Translations under genes and position numbers: made by a program
Origin: Clostridia bacterium
Lineage (GTDB): Bacteria > Bacillota > Clostridia > Christensenellales > CAG-1252
Assembly (NCBI GenBank): GCA_024685775.1
Contig: JAIKVL010000033.1
Location: 7,908-71,907 of the forward strand
DNA: 64,000 bases
Reading direction: 5' to 3'
Shown: positions 22,778-31,571 of the stretch, piece after piece
How positions within the stretch are numbered: the first letter of the stretch is position 1
Layout of the letters: every line of letters starts with the position of its first letter
The notes under the pieces: model-generated
What the model was told of the DNA's origin: nothing
The model's database searches: none
What the model saw: only the letters and a program-made list of their open reading frames with translations

Positions 22778-25571
22778 TGTTCTTTACCTTAGGCACCGGC
22801 TTTATGTTCGTCAGCGCCAAATTGATAATTCTCATCGGGCGCGCGACCGCATCGCCCTGTATGACCTTTACGCCGTGATCGAGAAGGATCCTCGCCTCCT
22901 CTTTATGCTCGCAGTTGATGGACGTCGTTACGATATTCTGAACGTCCGCATACCCCGTTATCATATCGAGGTGAGAAAGCCGCTTGGAGCTGTCGCCGCT
23001 GTAATAGCGGGCGTCCAAACGGAGATAATCGAATTCGTACTCGGTCAAGACGCGCATACTCGCGCTTTCCGCGTTGTCGATCATAATGAGCGCGCCTTGC
23101 GTTTTCAAAGTGTTGATCGCGCTGATGCCGACGTAGCCGACCGCTTCGAGCATCGCGCAGTCGAACGCGAGAATCAGGTTCTTATGCTCGGTCTGCATTT
23201 TGTCGACGAGCTTCGTCAAGGTTTCCTGTTTCAGCAAAAGACGGCAACTGATCTTGACCGCGAAACGAATATCCGGGTTCTCGTTGCAATCCTTTACGAC
23301 GTTGTCGAGCGCGATATAATTCAATTCCTCGATACGGGAGCTGCCCTCCGCGATCGCGAAATACTCCTGCGGGATCATCTTGCCGAGGAATTTATCGTTC
23401 AGGACCTGATACACGTTCAGATACTGGACGACGCCTTCCTCATTGATCGCCGCGTCGTAAAAGAAGACGATCGGAGTCGCGAGCGCCACGCCCGCATTCA
23501 GGGTCTTGGCTTTGCTTCTTTGCAGTTCGAGAAGGTCGCGCGCGGTGAGACCGTCGTCCGGCTTATACCCCTTCGGGACGCCCCAAGCGTCCGTCGCGCC
23601 CATCTGCTCGCGAAGATGCTCGGTCAATTCGCCGTAAACGTCGGCGTACTCTTCCCCTTCGCGTTTTACGAACGGTTTATCCTCTTCGCCTTTGAAGACG
23701 GCGTTTTTGATATACGGGTATTTCTCCGCGAACGGAACGTACGCATAGCGCTTGTTGCGTTCGAGCCCGTTTTCCTTCATCAACTCCGTGATGAGTTTGA
23801 CGGCTGCGTCGCGCTCCTTTTCGTTCTCGATCTTCAAAAGGAGCTTCGTGCCTTCGTAACCGATCTGATCCGAAGCGTCCTTATGCTTATACTTCCGCGT
23901 CGGATATTTTTTCGGATCGAGCGCAAGATAGAGCCTGACGATCTCCGCGACGATCGTAATACGCGCGATCAGCTTTTTGCCCGACTTGAAATTGTCGTTC
24001 TTGACCGTCATTTCGGATTTGACCGTCTTGTAGGACAAAAGCTCGTTTTTGATCTTGCTGTATAAGATCTTGATCGTGTTCGGGCACTGGTGGATCTTGT
24101 TTTCGAGCGTCAGAGGAAGGACGCTTAACGGCTGCGCTTCTTCTTGGACGATTTGGATCTCCTGCTCCGGCTCTTCGGAAAGACCCGCGGCTTTTCTTTC
24201 TTCCGCGCGCTTTTCCTTGATGAGGTTTTGCTCGTCCTTCTCTTCGAGAGAAAGATATTTGCCTTTCGTGTCCAGAACCGCGTCGCTTCTTCTCGGGAAG
24301 TTCGGGAGATAATCCACCGTTTCCGGATTTTCAAGGCGGCTTATATTGAATTTGCCCATCATCAGGGCGAGAAGCTCGATCACGATCGCGAATTCGTCGT
24401 CGTTACGGACGCGAAGCAACATTCTCGCGTCGTCGAAATCGACTTCGGAACGATCCGCCTGCTTATAGCGATCCACGTCGAATTCCACGGGATCGAGCGC
24501 GAAATAGATGCGGGTGAAACCGGCGACGGACAAACGCGCCAAAACCTGCTTCCCGCGACGGAAAACCTCGGTCGCCGTCTGCATTTCCGCCTTGACGCCA
24601 TCATACGCCAAGATCTCGTTTTTGAGCTTGTTGTAATACCTGCGCTCGCGCGTGTCGGCGAGGGCGAGTTTATTTTCGAGGCTGCGCTTCAAAACGGCTT
24701 TGCCGTCTTCGTTCAAAAGCTCGCCTCGCTCGTTATACTTCGGCTCCGCTTTCTTCGCCTCTTCCTTTTCCTGCTCTTGCTTTTCGAGGTACTCCGTTCC
24801 ATCTTCGGCTAAGGTCTCGGCGTTATCCGCGATCTGATCCAAGAGCTCTTGCCTTTCTTCGAAGTTGCCGCCGTAGACGAAGTCGTCCATCGCGCCTTCC
24901 GCCATGAAGGCTTGCATATAGTCGTCGTCCATAACGAAGGCCTCGCCTTCACCGTTTCCTTCCGCGGGAGTCGAAGACGTTTCCTGCGACGCCTCGTTCG
25001 ACGATTCCGCAGACTCGGACTCAGTCGGTTCTTCCTGCGCGCTCATCGCGGGCGCGACGGCAAAAACGACGTCCGAAGGCTCGGCGGACATAATCCCGTC
25101 GTCCATCGCCTGCACTTCGGCGAGAAGCGCGGCTTCTTCTTCGGGATCGAGCGGCGCATCCTGCGACGTCGCGGATTCTTCCGCGGCTTCGGATCCGTCA
25201 ACCGAACTTTCCGCTTCTTCGGGAGCGGGCTCTTCCGTCTCGGTTTGCGGCTCGGTGGGACTTTCCGGCGCCGTCTCTTCGGCGGAGGCTTCGGATCCGA
25301 GATCTTCCGATGCGGGATCGGGGTTCTCGGTCGGTTCCGTTTCTTCTTCGGGGACGAAGGGCGTTACGGCAGTCGCGTCTTCACTGACGGGACGAAAAGA
25401 ATTCGCCCGCTTGGGCGCTTCCGTTTCTTCGGTTAACGCTTTTTGATTCTCGGCGTCGAATTCTTCTCCGTACAAAACGGAGGAATCCTCTTTACGCTTC
25501 TTCTTATCAGTCCGCCATTTGAATGCCAAAGCAACCTCCCGACCAGTGTCAACAACCCAAAAGAATCGCAA
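22758..25571 (-). CDS. Large cytoplasmic protein: acidic IDR, two ~105-aa internal repeats, and a C-terminal degenerate EAL-like domain
   Basis: This is a 937-aa ORF. EAL-like landmarks at aa 698-915 are IPQEYFAIAEGSSRIEELNYIAL (matching P.eFi..AE..g.I), AVKIS (for VNlS), LAFDCAM (for lEiTE), LIMIDNAESAS (for alDDFGtG), YLRLD (for lKiD), VTTSINCE (for vAEGVE) and VIQGDAVARPM (for QGy.f.rP). The start is uncertain. It is either TTG 25571 or TTG 25529, which lies 5 nt after GGGAGG. Confidence 0.7.
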   Translation of the reverse strand: MRFFWVVDTGREVALAFKWRTDKKKRKEDSSVLYGEEFDAENQKALTEETEAPKRANSFRPVSEDATAVTPFVPEEETEPTENPDPASEDLGSEASAEETAPESPTEPQTETEEPAPEEAESSVDGSEAAEESATSQDAPLDPEEEAALLAEVQAMDDGIMSAEPSDVVFAVAPAMSAQEEPTESESAESSNEASQETSSTPAEGNGEGEAFVMDDDYMQAFMAEGAMDDFVYGGNFEERQELLDQIADNAETLAEDGTEYLEKQEQEKEEAKKAEPKYNERGELLNEDGKAVLKRSLENKLALADTRERRYYNKLKNEILAYDGVKAEMQTATEVFRRGKQVLARLSVAGFTRIYFALDPVEFDVDRYKQADRSEVDFDDARMLLRVRNDDEFAIVIELLALMMGKFNISRLENPETVDYLPNFPRRSDAVLDTKGKYLSLEEKDEQNLIKEKRAEERKAAGLSEEPEQEIQIVQEEAQPLSVLPLTLENKIHQCPNTIKILYSKIKNELLSYKTVKSEMTVKNDNFKSGKKLIARITIVAEIVRLYLALDPKKYPTRKYKHKDASDQIGYEGTKLLLKIENEKERDAAVKLITELMKENGLERNKRYAYVPFAEKYPYIKNAVFKGEEDKPFVKREGEEYADVYGELTEHLREQMGATDAWGVPKGYKPDDGLTARDLLELQRSKAKTLNAGVALATPIVFFYDAAINEEGVVQYLNVYQVLNDKFLGKMIPQEYFAIAEGSSRIEELNYIALDNVVKDCNENPDIRFAVKISCRLLLKQETLTKLVDKMQTEHKNLILAFDCAMLEAVGYVGISAINTLKTQGALIMIDNAESASMRVLTEYEFDYLRLDARYYSGDSSKRLSHLDMITGYADVQNIVTTSINCEHKEEARILLDHGVKVIQGDAVARPMRIINLALTNIKPVPKVKNNGENKE

Positions 25572-25718
25572 AACACCGATTACTTATCGGAGATGCGCTC
25601 TTTCGTTTATTTTTATTCGCTTCGAGATCGGGAAATTCTACTCACTTTTCATTGAAAACCGCGCAAATATTCGCATTTTTCAAAATTTGAAGCAAGGCAT
25701 ACCCTCTCCCGTTTAATC

Positions 25719-25727
25719 ATTATACCA
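25719..25727 (-). promoter_or_regulatory. Extended -10 promoter element (TGGTATAAT) upstream of the six-gene operon
   Basis: The reverse complement of 25719-25727 reads TGGTATAAT. It would give a leader of roughly 150-190 nt. The -35 region is weak. Confidence 0.45.
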
Positions 25728-25751
25728 TACATTCCTTTTCGATACGGAATT

Positions 25752-25767
25752 ATTAAGAATTCTTAAT
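25752..25767. promoter_or_regulatory. Perfect 16-bp palindrome ATTAAGAATTCTTAAT, candidate operator in the divergent control region
   Basis: The sequence is self-complementary over 16/16 positions. It sits immediately upstream of the -35 position of the minus-strand extended -10 promoter. Confidence 0.4.
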
Positions 25768-25879
25768 GTTGCTAATTCCTGTAAAAATCCAGCTTTTTCG
25801 GGACATTTCGACTTATGTTAGAGCAAATTTACAAGAATGTATAAATGCGGTTACAAAATGACGGAAAAACTCACCCCTA

Positions 25880-25908
25880 TTGAATTTTCTTCTTTTATTT
25901 GGTATAAT
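25880..25908 (+). promoter_or_regulatory. Sigma-70-type promoter for the 25933 membrane-protein gene
   Basis: It reads TTGAAT (25880-25885), a 17 nt spacer, then TATAAT (25903-25908). The TGG preceding the -10 makes it an extended -10. Confidence 0.6.
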
Positions 25909-25932
25909 ATTTTTCACAAAGGAGGTACGTTT

Positions 25933-26424
25933 ATGGACAATCCCATCGGAGAAAAAGAAGCGCTCGCCGCCGAAGCGGAAACGAAAAACGCGGAAGTTGT
26001 CGCAGATCCGATCGAAGAGCCGACCCCGCAAAATCTTCTTTCCGAAAACGCGCTTTGCGCCGTTAAAAAGGGACCGAAAAAAGCAAGTTACGTCTTTTTC
26101 GTGCTTGCCGTTTTGACCTTTATTCCGTTCATTTTTCTGACGATGCCGTTCTTGGGCGCCTTCTTTGACAGCTCGCCCGAGGACCTCGGCGAAGCGCTCG
26201 GAAAAGTCTTCGGGCTGCTCTTCGTGATCATCTTTATGGCCATCACGGGGATCCCGAATTTCATCTTTTCTTTGCTCTCCACGATCTTTTTCGGGACGGC
26301 GATCGGAAAGACGGATCCCAAGCGCAAGGTGAAAACCATCGTCTTTTTCGCGATCTCGCTCGCGCTTTTGATCGCCGTCGTTACGATCGCGCTGATCAGT
26401 TTCATCGTCATAAAAAGGAACTGA
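25933..26424 (+). CDS. Four-TM membrane protein, unknown function
   Basis: ATG 25933 is preceded by AAGGAGGT. The translation is MDNPIGEKEALAAEAETKNAE... followed by four hydrophobic helices. The ORF track starts earlier, at 25837. Confidence 0.65.
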   Translation: MDNPIGEKEALAAEAETKNAEVVADPIEEPTPQNLLSENALCAVKKGPKKASYVFFVLAVLTFIPFIFLTMPFLGAFFDSSPEDLGEALGKVFGLLFVIIFMAITGIPNFIFSLLSTIFFGTAIGKTDPKRKVKTIVFFAISLALLIAVVTIALISFIVIKRN

Positions 26425-26451
26425 ACCGGTCGATCCTTCCAAACACAGCAT

Positions 26452-26489
26452 AAAAAAATCGCTCGCAATATGCGAGCGATTTTTCTTTG
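26452..26489. terminator. Bidirectional intrinsic terminator (end of the ribosomal alpha operon and of the 25933 gene)
   Basis: It has a 10-bp perfect stem ATCGCTCGCA-ATA-TGCGAGCGAT, flanked by A7 on the left and T-rich sequence on the right. Confidence 0.85.
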
Positions 26490-26504
26490 TTAAACGTTTT
26501 CCGA

Positions 26505-27014
26505 TCAAAGCATCTCGATGATCGCCATTTCCGCGGCGTCGCCTTTTCTTTGACCGAGCCTAAGGATGCGGGTATATCCGCCGCCTTGGGTCTGTTTGTC
26601 GTTGCGCTCTTTATACTTCGGAGCGTACTCGTTGAAGATCTTCTCGATCAAAGGATGATTGATGTCCTTCGTCCTCGCAGCGTACTTGCTCTTGCTCTCT
26701 TTCTCGCCCTTCTTCTCTTGAATATCGTAAAGCTCAGCCATCAAACGACGCCTTGCCGCGAGCTTTTTCGGACCGTCGTTCGTAAATTTGACGGACACTT
26801 TCTCGTCTTTGAGGTTGACTTTTTCTTTGACAACTTCAACGGTGTCTTGATAGGTGTTGATAGCGAGAGTGAGAAGTTTTTCAGCCATACGACTTACCTC
26901 TTTGGCGCGGTCGAAGGTGATCTCGATCTTTCCGTACCACAAAAGGTCGGAAACTTCGTTCTTCAACATCGCCATACGTTGGTCTGTCGGTCTTCCTAAT
27001 TTTCTTTGATTCAT
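26505..27014 (-). CDS. rplQ: 50S ribosomal protein L17 (with an internal insertion)
   Basis: MNQRKLGRPTDQRMAMLKN...GGYTRILRLGQRKGDAAEMAIIE. It is the last gene of the alpha operon. Confidence 0.95.
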   Translation of the reverse strand: MNQRKLGRPTDQRMAMLKNEVSDLLWYGKIEITFDRAKEVSRMAEKLLTLAINTYQDTVEVVKEKVNLKDEKVSVKFTNDGPKKLAARRRLMAELYDIQEKKGEKESKSKYAARTKDINHPLIEKIFNEYAPKYKERNDKQTQGGGYTRILRLGQRKGDAAEMAIIEML

Positions 27015-27028
27015 ATCAAGCCTCCCAA

Positions 27029-27988
27029 TTATTCCTCGTTACTGCGGAGAGAAAGCCCCAATTCCGCAAGTTTGAATTTGACTTCTTCCAGCGATTTTTG
27101 TCCCAAGTTACGCACTTTGAGCATATCCCCTTCCGACTTCTCGACGAGATCGCCGACAGTGTGGATACCCGCTCTCTTCAAGCAGTTGTAAGAACGGACG
27201 GAGAGATCGAGCTCTTCGATCGTCTTTTCAAGGTGCGTATCGCGGGGATCGGGCTCGTCCGGTTCGAGGATCGGACCCATCTCTTCCACGCTCTCGCAAA
27301 GATTGATGAAGAGTTTCGCGTGATCGTCGAGGATCTTCGCCGCGAGAGACAGAGTTTCCTTCGCGGGAGTCGTCCCATTCGTCTTGACGTTCAAAACGAG
27401 CCTGTCGTAGTTGATATCTTGACCCACACGAGCGTCCTCAACGGTGTAACTCGCCGAAAGAACGGGGGTAAAGATGCTGTCCACGGGGATGTAGCCGATC
27501 GGTGCGGAAGCGTCTTTGTTCTTATCCGCGCCGACGTAACCTCTGCCGCTCATAACGGTGATCTCCATATCGAGCTCGCCGCCTTCGTTGATCGTGCAGA
27601 TGTGGTGATCTTGGTTCACCACGGAAACCGCCATGCCGCAATCGATATCCTTACCGAGGACGGGACCGGGCTTGTTGGTTTTGATCGTAACGACGACTTT
27701 TTGATTGTCTTCGAGAGCGGTGTTCGCCTTGAAAGCCAAACCTTTGATGTTAAGGATGATATCCACGACGTCCTCAACGATATTGGGGATCGTGGAAAAT
27801 TCGTGCATAACGCCGGCAATTTTGATGCCGACCGCCGCGACGCCCGGAAGATCGGATAACAGCATCCTGCGAAGAGCGTTTCCGAGAGTGGTGCCGAGAC
27901 CTTTTTCAAGCGGCTCCACGGTAACGACCGCGATCGACCCGTCTTGATTCTCCGATGCGTTGATTTGCGGTGTTTTGATTTTTATCAT
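27029..27988 (-). CDS. rpoA: DNA-directed RNA polymerase subunit alpha
   Basis: VEPLEKGLGTTLGNALRRMLLSDLPG... and C-terminal IEELDLSVRSYNCLKRAGIHTVGDL. Confidence 0.97.
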   Translation of the reverse strand: MIKIKTPQINASENQDGSIAVVTVEPLEKGLGTTLGNALRRMLLSDLPGVAAVGIKIAGVMHEFSTIPNIVEDVVDIILNIKGLAFKANTALEDNQKVVVTIKTNKPGPVLGKDIDCGMAVSVVNQDHHICTINEGGELDMEITVMSGRGYVGADKNKDASAPIGYIPVDSIFTPVLSASYTVEDARVGQDINYDRLVLNVKTNGTTPAKETLSLAAKILDDHAKLFINLCESVEEMGPILEPDEPDPRDTHLEKTIEELDLSVRSYNCLKRAGIHTVGDLVEKSEGDMLKVRNLGQKSLEEVKFKLAELGLSLRSNEE

Positions 27989-28003
27989 AATATTCCTCCT
28001 TTA

Positions 28004-28660
28004 TTACTTGGAGTACAACTCGACGATCATGTGCTCCTTGATTCTGAGGTCGATATCCTCGCGCTTCGGCATTTGCAGGACTTTACCGGTAAGGGTGGTC
28101 TTGTCAAATTCGAGCCACTGGGGAAGAGCGGACTTCGCGCCCACTTCTTTGACCGCCTCGAATAATTTCTTGCCCTGCTTATTCTCTTTCACGGCGATAA
28201 CGTCGCCCGGAGAGACCAAATAAGAAGGAATATTAACGTTTTTGCCGTTCACGGAAATGTGGCCGTGATTGACGATTTGTCTGGCTTGCGCTCTGCTGCC
28301 GCCGATTCCGAGACGGAAGACGACGTTGTCCAGTCTGCGCTCGATGAGGATAAGCATGTTTTCACCCGTGATACCCTTCATGCGCTCCGCTTTCTCGTGG
28401 TACATACGGAATTGCTTTTCCATAATGCCGTACGCTCTCTTGGTCTTCTGCTTTTCGCGAAGCTGCAAAGCGTAAGCGGACACTTTTCTTCTGCCGGTTT
28501 TGACGGGACCCGGGGGATTGATGCGCCCTTTCTCCAAGGGGCAAAGCTTCCTGCCTTGCGTTCCGTCGCTGCTGATATTATAACATCTGTCGCCTTTGAG
28601 GTATAATTTTTCACCCTCTCTTCTGCACAAGCGACAATCGGGACCTGTGTACTTAGCCAT
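28004..28660 (-). CDS. rpsD: 30S ribosomal protein S4 (Cys-containing N-terminal form)
   Basis: MAKYTGPDCRLCRREGEKLYLKGDRC...RLDNVVFRLG...QIVNHGHISVNG. Confidence 0.97.
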   Translation of the reverse strand: MAKYTGPDCRLCRREGEKLYLKGDRCYNISSDGTQGRKLCPLEKGRINPPGPVKTGRRKVSAYALQLREKQKTKRAYGIMEKQFRMYHEKAERMKGITGENMLILIERRLDNVVFRLGIGGSRAQARQIVNHGHISVNGKNVNIPSYLVSPGDVIAVKENKQGKKLFEAVKEVGAKSALPQWLEFDKTTLTGKVLQMPKREDIDLRIKEHMIVELYSK

Positions 28661-28674
28661 ATCTTTTCTACCTC

Positions 28675-29067
28675 CTATAACCTTCTGCGCTTAGGCGGAC
28701 GGCATCCGTTGTGCGGAATGGGCGAAACGTCTTGAATCGAAGTAACCGCGATCTCCGCGTTTTGAAGCGCGCGAATTGCGGATTCTCTGCCCTGACCGGG
28801 GCCTTTTACGAAGACGTCGACGCTCTTCAAGCCGTGCTCTTTCGCCGCTCTCGCCGCGTCTTCCATAACCATTTGCGCCGCATACGGCGTGCTCTTCTTC
28901 GAACCGCGAAGACCGAGCTTACCCGCGCTGGACGCGCTGATCGCGTTGCCTTGGATATCGGTTATGGTAATGATCGTGTTGTTAAAGGAACATTGGATAT
29001 GCGCCTGTCCCCTGTCAACGCGCGTAATGTCCTTACGCTTTTTGGTTGCACTTTTCTTTACTGCCAT
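28675..29067 (-). CDS. rpsK: 30S ribosomal protein S11
   Basis: [30 protein letters not shown]...[17 protein letters not shown]. Confidence 0.97.
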   Translation of the reverse strand: MAVKKSATKKRKDITRVDRGQAHIQCSFNNTIITITDIQGNAISASSAGKLGLRGSKKSTPYAAQMVMEDAARAAKEHGLKSVDVFVKGPGQGRESAIRALQNAEIAVTSIQDVSPIPHNGCRPPKRRRL

Positions 29068-29081
29068 TGTTGCGTCCTCCC

Positions 29082-29450
29082 TTATTTCTTAGAACGGCCG
29101 ACGGTACGTCTCGGGCCTTTGCGGGTACGAGCGTTCCTCTTGCTGCTTTGTCCTCTTACGGGCAAACCCTTTCTATGACGGACGCCGCGGTAGCAACCGA
29201 TTTCGCGAAGTCTTTTGATATTCATATCGATTTCACGTTTGAGATCGCCTTCCACGCGCAAATTCTTTTCGATGTACTCTCTGAGTACGGCAACGTCGCT
29301 CTCTGCCAAATCTTTTACCCTTATGTCGGGACTGATTCCCGTCTCTGCCAAAATTTTGCGCGAAGTGGCAAGACCTATACCGAAAATATACGTCAAACCG
29401 ATTTCGAGCCTTTTTTCTCTTGGCAAATCTACACCGGATATACGAGCCAT
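29082..29450 (-). CDS. rpsM: 30S ribosomal protein S13
   Basis: [26 protein letters not shown]...[18 protein letters not shown]. Confidence 0.97.
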   Translation of the reverse strand: MARISGVDLPREKRLEIGLTYIFGIGLATSRKILAETGISPDIRVKDLAESDVAVLREYIEKNLRVEGDLKREIDMNIKRLREIGCYRGVRHRKGLPVRGQSSKRNARTRKGPRRTVGRSKK

Positions 29451-29561
29451 TAAAATACCTCCATTTAATCTTTGATGTTTATCTTGTTACCCGACCGAGA
29501 GGACGAAATGTGATTTGGAATGAATTCGTCCAGCCGCTCCCCGACCGAATAAAGGATTTAC

Positions 29562-29678
29562 TTAACCTTGAACCTGCTTGTGGCTCTTGCTCTTGGAGCA
29601 AATAACCATAACCTTTCCGTGACGCCTAATGATCTTGCATTTGTCGCACATGGGTTTAACCGACGGTCTAACTTTCAT
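29562..29678 (-). CDS. rpmJ: 50S ribosomal protein L36 (zinc-binding form)
   Basis: It is too short for the ORF track. Hand translation gives [38 protein letters not shown]. Confidence 0.95.
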   Translation of the reverse strand: MKVRPSVKPMCDKCKIIRRHGKVMVICSKSKSHKQVQG

Positions 29679-29691
29679 ACTATCCTCCCTG

Positions 29692-29916
29692 TTAGTTCTT
29701 ATCTCTCCAAACGATGCGACCCTTGGTCAGATCGTAGGGACTGATTTCGACTTTTACCGAATCGCCTTCGATGATCTTGATGCTTTTGATCCGCATCTTT
29801 CCCGACGGATAGGCGATGATCTGCGCGCCGCTCTTTTCAAGTTCTACTCTGTAAGATTGATACGGCAACACCTCAATTACTTTGCCTTGGACCTCAATAA
29901 CGTCTTCCTTTGACAA
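29692..29916 (-). CDS. infA: Translation initiation factor IF-1
   Basis: [42 protein letters not shown]... Confidence 0.97.
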   Translation of the reverse strand: MSKEDVIEVQGKVIEVLPYQSYRVELEKSGAQIIAYPSGKMRIKSIKIIEGDSVKVEISPYDLTKGRIVWRDKN

Positions 29917-29926
29917 AATGACCTCC

Positions 29927-30199
29927 TTATTTGCCCGAGTACAGCCTCAGCGCGCTCTTGATCTCGCTGTCGAACACTTGTTTTTCCGACAACAATTTTT
30001 CCTGTATCGTATCGTTAACTTCGCCGATCGGTTCGAGATGCTTGACGTTCTTTCGTTTGGGAGCCGACAGGGATTTTTCGCTTCCGTTCGCGACGTAGGC
30101 GTATCCTTTATCGTCTAACCTTACTATTATATAACACTTTCCGCGATCTCGTCCAGCCTTTGAATAAACAATACTGCCGACGAAAACTTCTTTTTGCAT
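29927..30199 (-). CDS. KOW domain-containing small RNA-binding protein
   Basis: [21 protein letters not shown]. It occupies the map-infA position typical of Clostridia. Confidence 0.8.
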   Translation of the reverse strand: MQKEVFVGSIVYSKAGRDRGKCYIIVRLDDKGYAYVANGSEKSLSAPKRKNVKHLEPIGEVNDTIQEKLLSEKQVFDSEIKSALRLYSGK

Positions 30200-30209
30200 A
30201 TTTTTTTCC

Positions 30210-30956
30210 TTAAAGCGTCAGAATCTCGACGCCGTCTTCCCAAATCACCACGGTATTCTCGTAATGCGCGGAAGGCGAGCGGTCTTTCGTCCTGACCGTC
30301 CAGCCGTCGCGTTCGGTATAGACGTCGAACCTTCCGAGGTTGATCATCGGCTCGACCGCCAGCGTAAGTCCGCTGTGCAATCGAAGCCCGCGACCTTTCA
30401 CCCCATAGTTGGGAACGGAAGGATCTTCGTGCATTTCGCGCCCGATCCCGTGCCCGGTGAGCGCTCGAACGACGGAGTAACCTCTGCTTTCAACGTACTC
30501 CTGAATCGCGCCGGAAATATCTCCGAGGCGAGAGGACGCGTTGATCCCTTCGATCCCTTTGAAAAAGGCTTTTTCGGCGGTTTCCACGAGATCTCTTTTC
30601 TCGCGACTGACCTTTCCGATCATAAACGTCCGCGCGCCGTCGCCGTGATATCCGTCGATATACGCGCACAGGTCGACGCCGACGATCTGACCTTCTTCGA
30701 TATACGTCTTTTTCGAGGGGATCCCGTGCACGACGACGTCGTCGACCGACACGCACGCACTGGCGGGATAACCTTCATAACCGAGGCAGGAAGGGATCGC
30801 TCCCTGACTCTCGATGTACTCTTTGACCCACGAATCGACGTCCGCGGTCGTGACGCCTTCTTTGATCCTGTCACCGACGTAAAGAAGGGTATCGCGAACG
30901 ACGCGGCAAGCTTTCCGCATCACGTCGACTTCTTCTTTTGTCTTAACGAAAATCAT
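30210..30956 (-). CDS. map: Type I methionine aminopeptidase
   Basis: VVHGIP...GQIVGVDLCAYIDGYHGDGARTF...TGHGIGREMHEDP...LTLAVEPM. Confidence 0.95.
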   Translation of the reverse strand: MIFVKTKEEVDVMRKACRVVRDTLLYVGDRIKEGVTTADVDSWVKEYIESQGAIPSCLGYEGYPASACVSVDDVVVHGIPSKKTYIEEGQIVGVDLCAYIDGYHGDGARTFMIGKVSREKRDLVETAEKAFFKGIEGINASSRLGDISGAIQEYVESRGYSVVRALTGHGIGREMHEDPSVPNYGVKGRGLRLHSGLTLAVEPMINLGRFDVYTERDGWTVRTKDRSPSAHYENTVVIWEDGVEILTL

Positions 30957-31570
30957 TTCAGCACCTTCATAATGTCCGCGTAGACCGCTTCGATCCCCTG
31001 CGCGCCGTCAATATTTTTCAAAAGATCTTTTTTCGCGTAGTAATCGATCAGGGGCGCGGTTTCCGCGTGATACACGGCAAGCCTGTTTTTGACGGTCTCT
31101 TCTTTGTCGTCCTCGCGTTGGTACAGCTCTCCGCCGCACTTCTCGCAGGTCGTCCTGCCGTTCAGGAATGCGACGTTGTACGTTTCGCCGCAACGGCACA
31201 TTCTTCTTCCCGCGACGCGCTTTACGATCGCTTCGTCATCCACGACGAGGTTGACGACGACGTCGATCGAGGTGATCGCTTCGAGCGCCTCTGCTTGCGA
31301 GATCGTTCTCGGGAATCCGTCCAAAATGAAACCGGCTTTGCAGTCTTCTTGCGAAAGGCGATCCGCCACGATCTTGATGACGACGTCATCGGGAACGAGC
31401 GCGCCTTTATCGATATAACTCTTCGCAAGAAGCCCGAGCGGGGTGCCGCCTTTGATATTCGCGCGGAAGATGTCTCCCGTGGAAATATGCGGCACGCCGA
31501 GCTCTGTTTTTACGCGCGTCGCGTGGGTGCCTTTTCCGCTCCCCGGCGCGCCTAAGAAAATCACTTTCAT
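30953..31570 (-). CDS. adk: Adenylate kinase (zinc-lid form)
   Basis: MKVIFLGAPGSGKGTHA...GFILDGFPRT...CRCGETY...CEKCGGELYQREDD. Confidence 0.97.
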   Translation of the reverse strand: MKVIFLGAPGSGKGTHATRVKTELGVPHISTGDIFRANIKGGTPLGLLAKSYIDKGALVPDDVVIKIVADRLSQEDCKAGFILDGFPRTISQAEALEAITSIDVVVNLVVDDEAIVKRVAGRRMCRCGETYNVAFLNGRTTCEKCGGELYQREDDKEETVKNRLAVYHAETAPLIDYYAKKDLLKNIDGAQGIEAVYADIMKVLK

Positions 31571-31571
31571 A

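Noticed and set aside
25530-25718. A possible c-di-GMP riboswitch in the leader of the operon that starts with an EAL-like gene.
   Set aside because: The leader lacks the GEMM-I hallmarks (GGCAAACC ... ACGCAAAGC tetraloop-receptor segments), and I saw no GEMM-II-like pseudoknot motif. This was only a visual check; cmscan would be decisive.
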